This document shows positions 1 through 9,182 of a stretch of DNA of 64,000 nt, piece by piece. Location: contig CAYWFU010000003.1 in NCBI GenBank assembly GCA_964457585.1, positions 5,500-69,499 on the forward strand. Reading direction: 5' to 3'. Within the stretch, counting starts at the first letter, position 1, and every line of letters starts with the position of its first letter. The notes beneath the pieces are model-generated. The model ran no database searches. It was not told the origin of the DNA and worked only from the letters and a program-made list of their open reading frames with translations. The DNA is from an uncultured bacterium. GTDB taxonomy: Bacteria; JACRDZ01. A program made the position numbers and the translations under genes.

Positions 1-2
1 TT

Positions 3-458
3 GTGAATGTGATAAGACCGTTTAGTTCGCATAAACCAACAGAGATTATTTCTGCCCCAAAGGTATATGCCTTTGATACCGGGTTTGTTTCGTATTATCG
101 TGGTTGGTATGAACTCAGGTCCGAAGATTTCGGTTATCTCTGGGAACATTATGTTTTGAATGAAATGTTCGCACATTTTCAAACTCGAAATGTTTTCTAT
201 TGGCGGGATAAACAGGGGCATGAAGTAGATTTTATCTTGATTGCCCATCAAAAAAAGCCTGTTGCAGTTGAATGTAAATGGAATACATCTGAATTTGAAG
301 CAACTAATATCAAAGTGTTTCGCAAAATATATCCCGATGGAGAAAATTTTGTTGTTGGAAAAGATATAGAAAAATCTTTTTATCGGCAATATGACAATAT
401 TAAGGTAAAATTTGTAAACCTAAAAGATTTAATTGAGACAATATCGTCTATTGTTTGA
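3..458 (+). CDS. C-terminal part of an AAA-family ATPase carrying a DUF4143-like domain (5'-partial at window edge)
   Basis: ORF runs off the left edge. The translation (…KVYAFDTGFVSYY…HEVDFIL…) resembles the DUF4143 C-terminal region of ATPases from memory. No N-terminal P-loop is visible because the gene is truncated by the window. Confidence 0.5.
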   Translation: MNVIRPFSSHKPTEIISAPKVYAFDTGFVSYYRGWYELRSEDFGYLWEHYVLNEMFAHFQTRNVFYWRDKQGHEVDFILIAHQKKPVAVECKWNTSEFEATNIKVFRKIYPDGENFVVGKDIEKSFYRQYDNIKVKFVNLKDLIETISSIV

Positions 459-772
459 TTTTTGCCCCTGCATTTAATATGACTATATGGTCACAGAAGT
501 ATCCCAAAAAAAATATAAGAAATAATATACTGTACCATTGTCATTATAAGTGCTATTTGTCCATGTTCCGCTTAATGAATCACCTTGTATAGAGTCTTTA
601 AAACTGATATTTTTATCAACGGACGCAAAGACATAGTTATTTCTATCAACGGTTCCGCTAATTTCTCCCTATCTCAATTTCTTCCTTTCAATTGATGTCT
701 AAGATCAGCGAAAAAATAAAATTTATGGCCTACCTTACCAGGGATATCAGTTTTTAATTTAAAACAATGACT

Positions 773-1324
773 TTAGAATTTTAGTATTAATCCTAAAGTT
801 GGACCTGCTACAGAATAAGAAAAGTCATCATCTATAAAATTTCCATTAAGAAAACGATAATTAATATCTAATCCTGCGTTTTCATGAAAAAGGTAAAGAA
901 ACCCTATCTTACCTTCACCAACGCTACCATTCATGAAGTTGTCTGTTAAATCTTCCAGTTTAAAATTTGAAATACCATAACCTGCTGAAAAATAAAAATC
1001 AAAATTTTGTTGTACAGGAAAATAAAATCCTTCCCTTAGTATAAATCTTATTTCTTCTGTATTTATATATTTTTCATAATCATAAGTGAAACCTAGAGAA
1101 ATATAATCTGCTAATACATAGTCTATTCCGATATTAAAAATTTTTCTTTTAACATCAGCCTCATCCCCTTTTAAATTACCCTTTCCTTCTAGCCAATCCA
1201 TTCCAAAATTTCTTGTCGATATAAGCCAATCCCCCTTTTTTACCTCAGTTCCCTCAGTTGAAAAAACATTTAAAGGAAATAAAATAAGCAAACTTAATAC
1301 AACTAACATTTTTTTCATAACCAT
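773..1324 (-). CDS. Outer-membrane beta-barrel protein (hypothetical)
   Basis: N-terminal signal peptide MKKMLVVLSLLILFPLNVFS. Alternating hydrophobic beta-strand pattern. C-terminal …LILKF ends in aromatic Phe, typical of OMPs. Confidence 0.5.
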   Translation of the reverse strand: MVMKKMLVVLSLLILFPLNVFSTEGTEVKKGDWLISTRNFGMDWLEGKGNLKGDEADVKRKIFNIGIDYVLADYISLGFTYDYEKYINTEEIRFILREGFYFPVQQNFDFYFSAGYGISNFKLEDLTDNFMNGSVGEGKIGFLYLFHENAGLDINYRFLNGNFIDDDFSYSVAGPTLGLILKF

Positions 1325-1627
1325 CCTCCTTGAATTTTATTTGATTAAAAGTTTAATAAAAGCAATGGATAATAAGTTCAAATTTGTATCAAATTACAGA
1401 CAAATTAGTATATGAATTTTTTAATTAAGGTAGAATTAAATTAAGACATATCACTCCCTCCTTTCGTCCAAATTTCATCTACTTTAAAACAGTTTAGGAA
1501 TCGAAAAAATATAAACACGATTTTATGATTGTTAGGTTATAAATATAACACTGTGCAATATTTATGTCAAGCAAATTATTACAATGTGAAATTGTTTTAT
1601 ATTGCATGATGTTATAAAATAATTTTT

Positions 1628-2011
1628 ATGAAAGAAAAAAATATCGTTGGAGAAAATATAAAACAATTACGAACTAAAATAGGATTTACGCAAGAGGAAC
1701 TTGCTTTAAATAGCGGATTATCTCAAGGTTATATAAATCAGTTAGAGAGCGGGAAAAGAAGGTTTACTCAAAAATCTCTGGAAATGATTGCAAATGCGTT
1801 GTCTGTTTCTATAGGTGACCTATTTGAGAAAAACGAAAAATCTAATGATGTTTCAGTAGTTGTTGAAGAGAAGGTCGAAAAATATCGAAAAATCCGTTCA
1901 AGTAAAAAAGAATTTTTCGCATTACTTGATGCCCTTCCTGAACATATAGTGGAACATTACCTTATACTGCTAAGGTTAGAGAAAAAAATTTGGAGCTCAA
2001 AAAAGACATAA
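1628..2011 (+). CDS. XRE-family helix-turn-helix transcriptional regulator
   Basis: HTH_3-like segment IKQLRTKIGFTQEELALNSGLSQGYINQLESGKRRFTQKSLEMIANAL. Confidence 0.7.
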   Translation: MKEKNIVGENIKQLRTKIGFTQEELALNSGLSQGYINQLESGKRRFTQKSLEMIANALSVSIGDLFEKNEKSNDVSVVVEEKVEKYRKIRSSKKEFFALLDALPEHIVEHYLILLRLEKKIWSSKKT

Positions 2012-2148
2012 AAGAATAAAAGCACTTAAATTATATTGAAGAACAGAAAATTGAAAACATAAAAAATAACACAAAATTTACCACAATTCACAGATTACTT
2101 TTGTTATCTATTTTTATTATCCAATTTAAACTTTGAAGCATATATATT

Positions 2149-2835
2149 TCATAAAAGCCTATTTTCCTTAAAACTAAAGTAATTATTCCCGCCAATAATA
2201 ATATGATCTAATAATCCCACATCAATTGTTTTAAGCGCGTTTTTAATATTTTCAGTTACTTTGATATCTTCAACAGAAGGTTCAAGGGATCCGCCTGGAT
2301 GATTATGAGCAATAATTACATTTATGGAATGATTGTATAACGCGCGCTCAACAATTTTTCTTGGATAAATAACTGATTGATTAACAGTTCCTTTTTGAAT
2401 TGTTTCAATAGCCAGTAAAAAATTTCTATTATTTAAAAATATTGCTTTAAGTTCTTCATCAGGCATTCCTTTTAGAGAAATTTTCAAATAATTATAAACA
2501 TCATCTGGACAGGTTATTAAATCCTTATTAAAAAGCTCTTTTGACATATAGATTATGGATATATCTTTTAAGAATTTGAGGAATAAAGCTGAATGTTCGG
2601 AAATTCCTGTTACTTCCATAAGCTTTTCTTTATCAGCATCCAGCACACGATTAATGGTTTTGAATTTAGATAATAATTCTTTAGCTATTGATTTTGTATC
2701 TTTTCTTGGGATTGAATAAGAAAGAGCTAATTCCAATATTTCATAATCCAGCCATCCGTTCAAACCATTTATTCTATATTTTTCTTTTATCCTTTTGCGA
2801 TGGCCTAAATAATCTGGTTTTGAATTATCAATCAT
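2149..2835 (-). CDS. radC: RadC-family JAB/MPN domain protein (UPF0758)
   Basis: JAMM motif HNHPGG with downstream SxxD, plus an N-terminal helix-hairpin-helix-like region. Start set at the internal Met (MIDNSKPDYLG…, 'cat' at 2833-2835). The longer ORF to 2997 would read through a hairpin-rich intergenic segment. Confidence 0.75.
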   Translation of the reverse strand: MIDNSKPDYLGHRKRIKEKYRINGLNGWLDYEILELALSYSIPRKDTKSIAKELLSKFKTINRVLDADKEKLMEVTGISEHSALFLKFLKDISIIYMSKELFNKDLITCPDDVYNYLKISLKGMPDEELKAIFLNNRNFLLAIETIQKGTVNQSVIYPRKIVERALYNHSINVIIAHNHPGGSLEPSVEDIKVTENIKNALKTIDVGLLDHIIIGGNNYFSFKENRLL

Positions 2836-3023
2836 TTTGTATCCCCCAAATCCCGCGATAGCGGGATTTGAAATCGCCAATTCATCCCGAAATACTGCGT
2901 TCTCGGCGATTTTACTCCTCACCGTACAGATAAAGTACGGTTGCGTCATAAAATCGCCTGCGGCCTTGTCTTTCGGGCGACTTGGCGATTTACCCAAATT
3001 CCTAAATCGGAATTTGGGTATCC
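2836..3023. other. Cluster of four or more consecutive stem-loops between the recG stop and the radC start
   Basis: Several inverted repeats seen directly: aaatcccgcgatagcgggattt; aaatcgcc…ggcgattt (twice); cccaaattcc…ggaatttggg. The recurring arm is AAATCGCC. Locally GC-richer than the flanks. Confidence 0.35.
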
Positions 3024-5108
3024 TTACATAGTAAAATTTTTAAGTTTATTTTCAATAAAAGACTTAAGCAATAAATAAGCGGGTGATGACAACGTATTAT
3101 CTTTTTCAATAATTGCAAACGCATCCCGCCTTGCTTTTGTCAGGATCTCCCCGTCTCTTAAAAGATTTGCAATTTTAAAATCTGGAATACCATGCTGTTT
3201 AGTACCCATAAATTCACCTGGACCGCGTATATTCAGGTCCTCTTCTGCAATACGGAAACCATCTGTTGTTTGAGTGAAAATTTTCAATCTCTGCACGCCT
3301 TCTTCACCAAGCATTTTGCCAGTTAATAGAATGCAATAAGATTTATATGAACCTCTGCCAATTCTGCCGCGCAGTTGATGAAGCTGTGAAAGCCCAAAAC
3401 GCTCTGCATGTTCAATAAGCATAATTGAAGCATTAGGAACATCTACTCCAACCTCAATTACAGTTGTAGATACAAGAATATCAATTTTTTTATTTTTAAA
3501 ATTATTCATTATATTATCTTTTTCTTCAGCTTTCATTCTGCCGTGTAAAAGTTGTACTTTTAATTCAGGAAAAATATCGCGAGTGAGGTGTTCAGCCATT
3601 TCTGTTGCAGCTTTTAAGTCTATTTTTTCTGATTCTTCGACTAAAGGATACACAATGTATACCTGCCTGCCTTCATTAATCTGCTTGCGGATAAAATCAT
3701 AAATTATATTTCTTTTTTCCTCTTTACTCCAGCGTGTTAAAGGCGGAATTCTGCCGGGAGGCAATTCATTTATTATAGAAACATCCATATCGCCATAAAG
3801 CGTTAAAGCAAGTGTTCTTGGTATTGGAGTAGCGGTCATAACTAAAATATCAGGATTATTTCCTTTTTGAACAAGTTTGCTTCTTTGTATCACGCCAAAT
3901 CTATGCTGTTCATCAATAATTACCAGCCCAAGTTTATGAAAATTAACTTTTTCCTGAATAAGAGCTTGAGTCCCAACTACTATATTTATTTCGCCATTTC
4001 CTATACTATTATAAAGTTTATCTCGTTCGCTTTGTTTTATTTTTCCAACCAGAAGAGCAGATTTCAATAGAGTATTGCTTAATAAATTTTTTAATGTCAT
4101 GTAATGCTGTTCAGCCAGGATTTCTGTGGGAGCCATCAATGCGCATTGATAACCATTTGCACAGCATACCAGCATTGCATATATTGCGATGATTGTTTTC
4201 CCTGAACCAACATCGCCCTGCAATAATCTAAGCATAGGCTGTGGGGACTCCATATCAGCAAAAATTTCATCAAGCACTTTTTTTTGAGCATTGGTAAGTT
4301 TGAATGGTAAACTTTGTGTAAACCCTGTAATTAAGGTTGAATGAACTGAAAAACTTATACCAGGTAAAATTTTTATCTCAACACGTCTTTTACCCAGAGC
4401 AAGTTCAAGTAAAAAAAATTCTTCATATACTAGCCGCTCACGCGCTTTTTTCAATGAAGACAAATTGGTTGGGAAATGTACTTCGTATAAAATTTTATTT
4501 AAAATCGGAAAAGAATATTTAGTCTTAATTTCTTCAGGAATAATATCCGGTATTTTGTCTGCATACTGATTTAATAACGAATAAATTGTTTTGCGCAGAA
4601 ATTTTTGAGTGATAGATTCAGTGAGCGGATAAATAGGTACAATTCGTCCAATATTAATATTTTCATCCGGATTTTCATCTTTTTCATTATTATCATCTAA
4701 AATTTCATATTCAGGTGAGTTTATCTGTAAACGGCTGAATTTATTATATTCCACTTTACCAACCAGAATTATATCAATGTCTTTTTTAAATATATTTTTA
4801 AGATAGGGTTGATTAAACCATATTGCTTCAATAAAACCTGAATTATCTCCAATAATAATTTTCAAAATATGTTTTATACTTCCGGATCGTGGAATATATT
4901 CACCAATACTTAAGACTTTTCCATGCACAACAGCCTTTTGTCCTATTGCAAGCTGTTTGATTGGAATAATATTAGACCGGTCATCATAATCGCGCGGGAA
5001 AAAATAAATAAGATCATAAACTGTATTGATATTCAGTTTTTGCAGTGTAAAAGCTCTTTTGGGGCCAACACCTTTAATATATTGAATAGGAGTATTTATA
5101 TCTGTCAT
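3024..5108 (-). CDS. recG: ATP-dependent DNA helicase RecG
   Basis: 694 aa. N-terminal wedge/OB region. Helicase motifs GDVGSGKT (Walker A) and DEQHRFG (DExH). C-terminal helicase domain. Overall architecture typical of RecG. Confidence 0.9.
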   Translation of the reverse strand: MTDINTPIQYIKGVGPKRAFTLQKLNINTVYDLIYFFPRDYDDRSNIIPIKQLAIGQKAVVHGKVLSIGEYIPRSGSIKHILKIIIGDNSGFIEAIWFNQPYLKNIFKKDIDIILVGKVEYNKFSRLQINSPEYEILDDNNEKDENPDENINIGRIVPIYPLTESITQKFLRKTIYSLLNQYADKIPDIIPEEIKTKYSFPILNKILYEVHFPTNLSSLKKARERLVYEEFFLLELALGKRRVEIKILPGISFSVHSTLITGFTQSLPFKLTNAQKKVLDEIFADMESPQPMLRLLQGDVGSGKTIIAIYAMLVCCANGYQCALMAPTEILAEQHYMTLKNLLSNTLLKSALLVGKIKQSERDKLYNSIGNGEINIVVGTQALIQEKVNFHKLGLVIIDEQHRFGVIQRSKLVQKGNNPDILVMTATPIPRTLALTLYGDMDVSIINELPPGRIPPLTRWSKEEKRNIIYDFIRKQINEGRQVYIVYPLVEESEKIDLKAATEMAEHLTRDIFPELKVQLLHGRMKAEEKDNIMNNFKNKKIDILVSTTVIEVGVDVPNASIMLIEHAERFGLSQLHQLRGRIGRGSYKSYCILLTGKMLGEEGVQRLKIFTQTTDGFRIAEEDLNIRGPGEFMGTKQHGIPDFKIANLLRDGEILTKARRDAFAIIEKDNTLSSPAYLLLKSFIENKLKNFTM

Positions 5109-5160
5109 ATTTTTTTAAGTTGACATATTTGGAATTTTTTTATATATTAAAAAAACATTT

Positions 5161-5247
5161 GGAGGGCTAGTCCTAACTGGCAAGGCAGCGGACTTGAAAT
5201 CCGCCGGGTGAAAGCCCTTGGGGGTTCAAATCCCTCGCCCTCCGCCA
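5161..5247 (+). tRNA. tRNA-Ser (anticodon UGA), class II with long variable arm, encoded CCA
   Basis: Acceptor GGAGGGC/GCCCTCC (7 bp). Anticodon arm GCGGA-CTTGAAA-TCCGC gives anticodon TGA. Long variable arm CGGGTGAAAGCCCTTG. T-arm GGGGG-TTCAAAT-CCCTC. Discriminator G followed by CCA. Closely parallels E. coli tRNA-Ser(UGA) as recalled. Confidence 0.85.
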
Positions 5248-5296
5248 AAAATATTATTCCAAATAAATGAAGAACCCTGTGTCAGAGCCACAGAGT

Positions 5297-5321
5297 ATCT
5301 TCTGTCTCTGATAGGAATATT
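5297..5321. repeat. Left copy of a 25-26 bp inverted repeat (ATCTTCTGTCTCTGATAGGAATATT)
   Basis: Exact reverse complement found at 6785-6809. Lies 50 bp downstream of tRNA-Ser. Confidence 0.8.
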
Positions 5322-6284
5322 TAATATTTATATTGTACCAACATCCCTGTATTAAAATGCAGAGTATTCTTGGCACTTCCAGATAATACCTAACACTATT
5401 CATAAAAGCAAGAAAAAATTGTATAACAAATGATATAACCTCGCTGGGGGATAAATTTTTATCTATAATAAATTTAAATAAATAGATATTGTACCTAAAT
5501 TATAAAACTCCGCGAATTGCATGTGTAAATGATATTTGGAAAATTCAAGCTCTTAGCTATTCGAACTTTTCTATTAAATTAAAAATAATCTAATAAAATA
5601 CGATCAATCGCTCAATGTAGAACAACTATTGCCATTCTATAGGTATTAGCATTTCTTCTATATGAACGAGAACTAGCTTCTATGGGTGTAGCTAGAAAGC
5701 TTGGGAAAATGAGTAAATGGGAGTTTATCGAAGGATTATCACTAAGTACAGCACCACAGAATTAAGTCTACAAAATCTATATCCCCGATAAACCATGTCG
5801 GGGATGACATGCAGGAGGTTGTGTCATTCTCGACATGTTTTATCGGGAATCCATGTTTTATTTTTTTAACTTTCTTTTTGTATACTTAATTCTGTGGAGC
5901 TGTACTAAGAGGGATAAAAAGACATTATGACCAAAAAGAACTTGAGGAAGATATAAAATATGCAAAAAGTAGTTAGCAATTCATCTCCAAATAAAGAACA
6001 CAACGAAGATGGCATATTTCGACCAATAAATACAATTAAAGGATTTAAAAAATATCAAAAAGTTATTATAACTTTAAAGAAATTCTTAAATAAAAAGATA
6101 AATATCTTCTTGTTTTAAAAGAATATAAAAAATAAAAATTTTAGACCCTAAATCTTTTTTAATGTATTTTATTAAGGAGGAAATATAGGGGTGGTGCGGA
6201 GAGTACATCTAACGACAAAAATGAAATTATTTAAAAGGAGCTTTAACAGTTGTGCAATGCACTAACTGCACCCCCTGATTATAC

Positions 6285-6719
6285 TCATGGTATTTTAGGG
6301 GGAGCAGACTTTATCTCTACATCTTTGTCATTTCCATGAATTTCTGTTTTTATCAAACGATCAGTTATTTCTTCAAGGTATGAATGTAATATTTTATTCA
6401 ATTCCTGAAATTCTGGCCATAAAATATCATCCACAAAAGTTTTTGGTACATTAACCATGACCGTAGTATATCTTTGTCCATTATATCTGTATGGTTTAAG
6501 ATTATATCTTCTCAGCAAAGCAATAAAAAGCTTTTTAGACCACATATCTGTCATTGTAAATTGATATTCAATAGCAGCATTATTATTTTGCAAAACTCTA
6601 AGTTTTTCACAAATACGCGTGCGCGCGTTTTCAGCAGCAATTTTTTCTCCAGGTGTAGTTGCTCCTGCGTACAGTGCTTCAATTTTTTGAAGTTTTTCAA
6701 TTAAATTTTTTTCATCCAT
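6285..6719 (-). CDS. Hypothetical protein; the N-terminus resembles the DUF2786 helix seen on plasmids and phages (weak)
   Basis: 144-aa ORF. N-terminal IEKLQKIEALYAGATTPGEKIAAENA resembles the DUF2786 consensus from memory only. Only sizeable ORF inside the inverted-repeat-flanked segment. Confidence 0.35.
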   Translation of the reverse strand: MDEKNLIEKLQKIEALYAGATTPGEKIAAENARTRICEKLRVLQNNNAAIEYQFTMTDMWSKKLFIALLRRYNLKPYRYNGQRYTTVMVNVPKTFVDDILWPEFQELNKILHSYLEEITDRLIKTEIHGNDKDVEIKSAPPKIP

Positions 6720-6784
6720 AATTGTATCCCGTATTATACACGTATTAATAGGAGATAAAGGAAAGGAGCTTTATAAATAATAAA

Positions 6785-6809
6785 ATATTCCTATCAGAGA
6801 CAGAAGATT
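6785..6809. repeat. Right copy of the 25-26 bp inverted repeat (AATATTCCTATCAGAGACAGAAGAT)
   Basis: Reverse complement of 5297-5321. Together they bracket about 1.5 kb. Confidence 0.8.
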
Positions 6810-6827
6810 AATTTTTTTCTGTAAAAA

Positions 6828-7724
6828 TTAATCTTTCATTCGTGTTGGATGATAATGCACATGAACACGCTGCAATAAATCAATTTTTTTATATAATGCA
6901 TGTTCAGCCTGTTGAGAGATTCTGTCGCCTTCGGTTACGCTTAGTGAACCGTCAATCCCAATTGTGATATTAACTACTAAATACGGTCCAAAACGGTGTG
7001 ACTGAATCTCTTCTACTTCTTGTATTTCAGGTATAAACTTCAATACCTGGTTAATTTGCTGGTCTAACACATAACCGGGGACAGTATCCATTAGATCATC
7101 AGATGATTCTCGCAAAATTTCAATTCCAGTTCGTAAAATTATAATTGCAACTAGCGCACCAGCTAAGGGATCTACCCAAAAATAACCTTCTCTGGATAAC
7201 AATATACCTATACTTGCAGCAGTGGCAGCAAAAATATCATTACGATGATCATAAGCAAGAGCGAATATTGCCGGGTTATTGGTTTTTTTACCAACTCGTT
7301 TAGTAAATATAGTTAATCCAATTTTTATTATAACAGTGAGAAGCGCGACAACTAATGCGCTGGTAGATGCATTAGTAAAATCACTTTTCCCAATCCATAT
7401 ATCATAAATTTTATTAATTGAATCCCAGAAAATTGCAACAGCAGTTGTTAAAACAAAAGATCCAACAACAACAGAAGAAATGCTTTCTAATTGACGATGT
7501 CCATAAGGGTGTTTCTCATCTGCCGGCTTATGAGCAAGCCCCATAAATATGCGTACAATAATATAATAAGCTACATCAGATGTTGAATTAATACCGTCAG
7601 CTAATAGCGCCGGACTGTGACCAATAACACCTATTACAGTTTTAACTGCAGCAAGTAAAATATTTACCCCCAGCCCTAAATTTATTGCAAAAACACTTGA
7701 TTTTTCTCGTTGTTCAGTTTGCAT
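6828..7724 (-). CDS. Cation diffusion facilitator (CDF) family divalent-metal efflux transporter
   Basis: Six predicted TM helices. Conserved CDF residues in TM2/TM5 (…HSPALLADGINSTSD…, …DHRNDIFAA…). C-terminal cytoplasmic domain. Confidence 0.8.
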   Translation of the reverse strand: MQTEQREKSSVFAINLGLGVNILLAAVKTVIGVIGHSPALLADGINSTSDVAYYIIVRIFMGLAHKPADEKHPYGHRQLESISSVVVGSFVLTTAVAIFWDSINKIYDIWIGKSDFTNASTSALVVALLTVIIKIGLTIFTKRVGKKTNNPAIFALAYDHRNDIFAATAASIGILLSREGYFWVDPLAGALVAIIILRTGIEILRESSDDLMDTVPGYVLDQQINQVLKFIPEIQEVEEIQSHRFGPYLVVNITIGIDGSLSVTEGDRISQQAEHALYKKIDLLQRVHVHYHPTRMKD

Positions 7725-8269
7725 TTTTCTCCAAATGGTTTTTTAATAAGCATTTTTTCTTCTGCAAGAGTTAGAAAACGCCATTTGCCTGATTCTACAT
7801 TCAGCTTTAAGTCACCGATTTGCATACGCTTTAATTCCAATACTTTTAAAGGTGTTCCGAATTTAGGATCTTTCAGCGCTCCAAAGAGGCGGCGGATGTG
7901 ACGGTTTTTCCCTTCGCCGAGTTCAATCTCAAGCCTTGTTTTATGTCCTGCATTCCCAATTCTTTTAACTCGTCGGACTTTTAACAATCCTTGTGGAGTT
8001 ATAACACCTTTAATTACTGAATCCATATGATCATCGGTAAAATAACCTCTGACCCATACTTCGTAAATTTTGTTACAATTTCCAGGTCTTGTAAGCGTGT
8101 CTAAAATTTTACCATCGGTTGTGAAAATAAGAAGACCTTTAGAATCCATGTCCAGACGGCCAATTGGTATCCATCCATCTGTTTTTGCCCATGCTGGCAG
8201 GAGCTCATAGACAGTTTTACGGTTTAATTCATCGGCGCATGTGACTACATAACCCTTTGGTTTATTCAT
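7682..8269 (-). CDS. rRNA pseudouridine synthase, RsuA/RluE-like, lacking an S4 domain
   Basis: Catalytic-Asp motif IGRLDMDSKGLLIFTTDG and KxYEVWV motif. Start placed at the internal Met (MNKPKGYVV). The long ORF would overlap the CDF gene by 43 nt. Confidence 0.75.
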   Translation of the reverse strand: MNKPKGYVVTCADELNRKTVYELLPAWAKTDGWIPIGRLDMDSKGLLIFTTDGKILDTLTRPGNCNKIYEVWVRGYFTDDHMDSVIKGVITPQGLLKVRRVKRIGNAGHKTRLEIELGEGKNRHIRRLFGALKDPKFGTPLKVLELKRMQIGDLKLNVESGKWRFLTLAEEKMLIKKPFGEKCKLNNEKNQVFLQ

Positions 8270-8317
8270 AAGCAGAAGTTTTTGAGAATTTTGTGGTGAT
8301 GTAGTGATGCCCATATT

Positions 8318-8871
8318 TATTTACCAATCAATAGGAAAATAGTCTTTTAGAAATTTACCGCACCAATGTACGCCTGATAGAATACCGTGAAAAAATGGGT
8401 CACACACCCGGGCTGCTCCATCAACTATATCCAGAGGAGGCTGAAAATCATGTATTTCCTGTTTTCGTGCAGAAAGAGCTATCGGGTCTTCATCCGTAAC
8501 CCAGCCTGTATCAACAGCATTCTAAAAATACCGTCTTTTGCAAGACCGCTTGCGGAGGTATGAGTAAGCATATTTAAAGCGGCTTTTGCCATATTTGTAT
8601 GAGGATGACGATCCCCTTTTTTAAAGCGATAAAATTTCCCTTCCATAGCAGTTACATTTACAATGTGTTTTTGTCCAGTGTTATCACGTCTCATCATTGG
8701 TATCAGCTTGTTGCATAATACAAAAGGTGCAATTGCATTAACCAGTTGAACTTCAAACATTTCAGATGTTTGTATATCTCCAATATTAACCAGGCTTTCA
8801 AGAACTGAAATACAATCTGTTATCTTCTCATTAAAATTAATAGTTTCAATATTTTTATCTAGGTTACTCAT
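8318..8871 (-). pseudogene. Short-chain dehydrogenase/reductase (SDR) remnant: N-terminally truncated and frameshifted
   Basis: The ORF encodes only the central SDR region (NAIAPF…[10 protein letters not shown]…NMAKAAL). A stop codon lies immediately upstream of the Met, so the Rossmann TGxxxGxG segment is absent. The C-terminal [11 protein letters not shown]…FPIDW continues in a different frame after a T5 run near 8520. Confidence 0.5.
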
Positions 8872-9182
8872 TTATGAATTATAACATATAAAGGGAAAAA
8901 GTTGAATGGTGAAAAAATTATCATTTCCGTATAAGCTATAAATATTTTGAACTTTTTTCTATCCTGTTTGTCCTGAGATATTTTATTTTTTTCAATTCCT
9001 TAATTATGATATACTGATATTAAGGGCTTGCGCTAAAATACCAAGTTATTTTTTCGCAAGCTCTAAGATAGACTTTTATCTGATTATACCCGAAAAGGAT
9101 TTTTTCTAAAGTTTATATTCTATTTTGCCGTTAATATAATCAAGTGTAAAATTTATATTATATTTATTAGAATGGGGGGAAT

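Noticed and set aside
2837-3031. 64-aa plus-strand ORF across the recG-radC intergenic hairpins
   Set aside because: Reads through a series of palindromes, so stop-free by symmetry. Antisense to the operon direction. No homology.
5161-5247. Possibility that the long-variable-arm tRNA is tRNA-Sec
   Set aside because: Anticodon reads UGA (decodes UCA), not UCA. The acceptor stem is 7 bp with discriminator G as in tRNA-Ser. No selenoprotein machinery is visible.
5960-6118. 52-aa ORF (MQKVVSNSSPNKEHNEDG…) with GAGGAAG RBS inside the IR-bounded segment, and a 27-aa ORF MGVARKLGKMSKWEFIEGL… at ~5683
   Set aside because: Too short and without recognisable domains. The latter might be a decayed HTH fragment of a lost transposase, but this cannot be supported from sequence alone.
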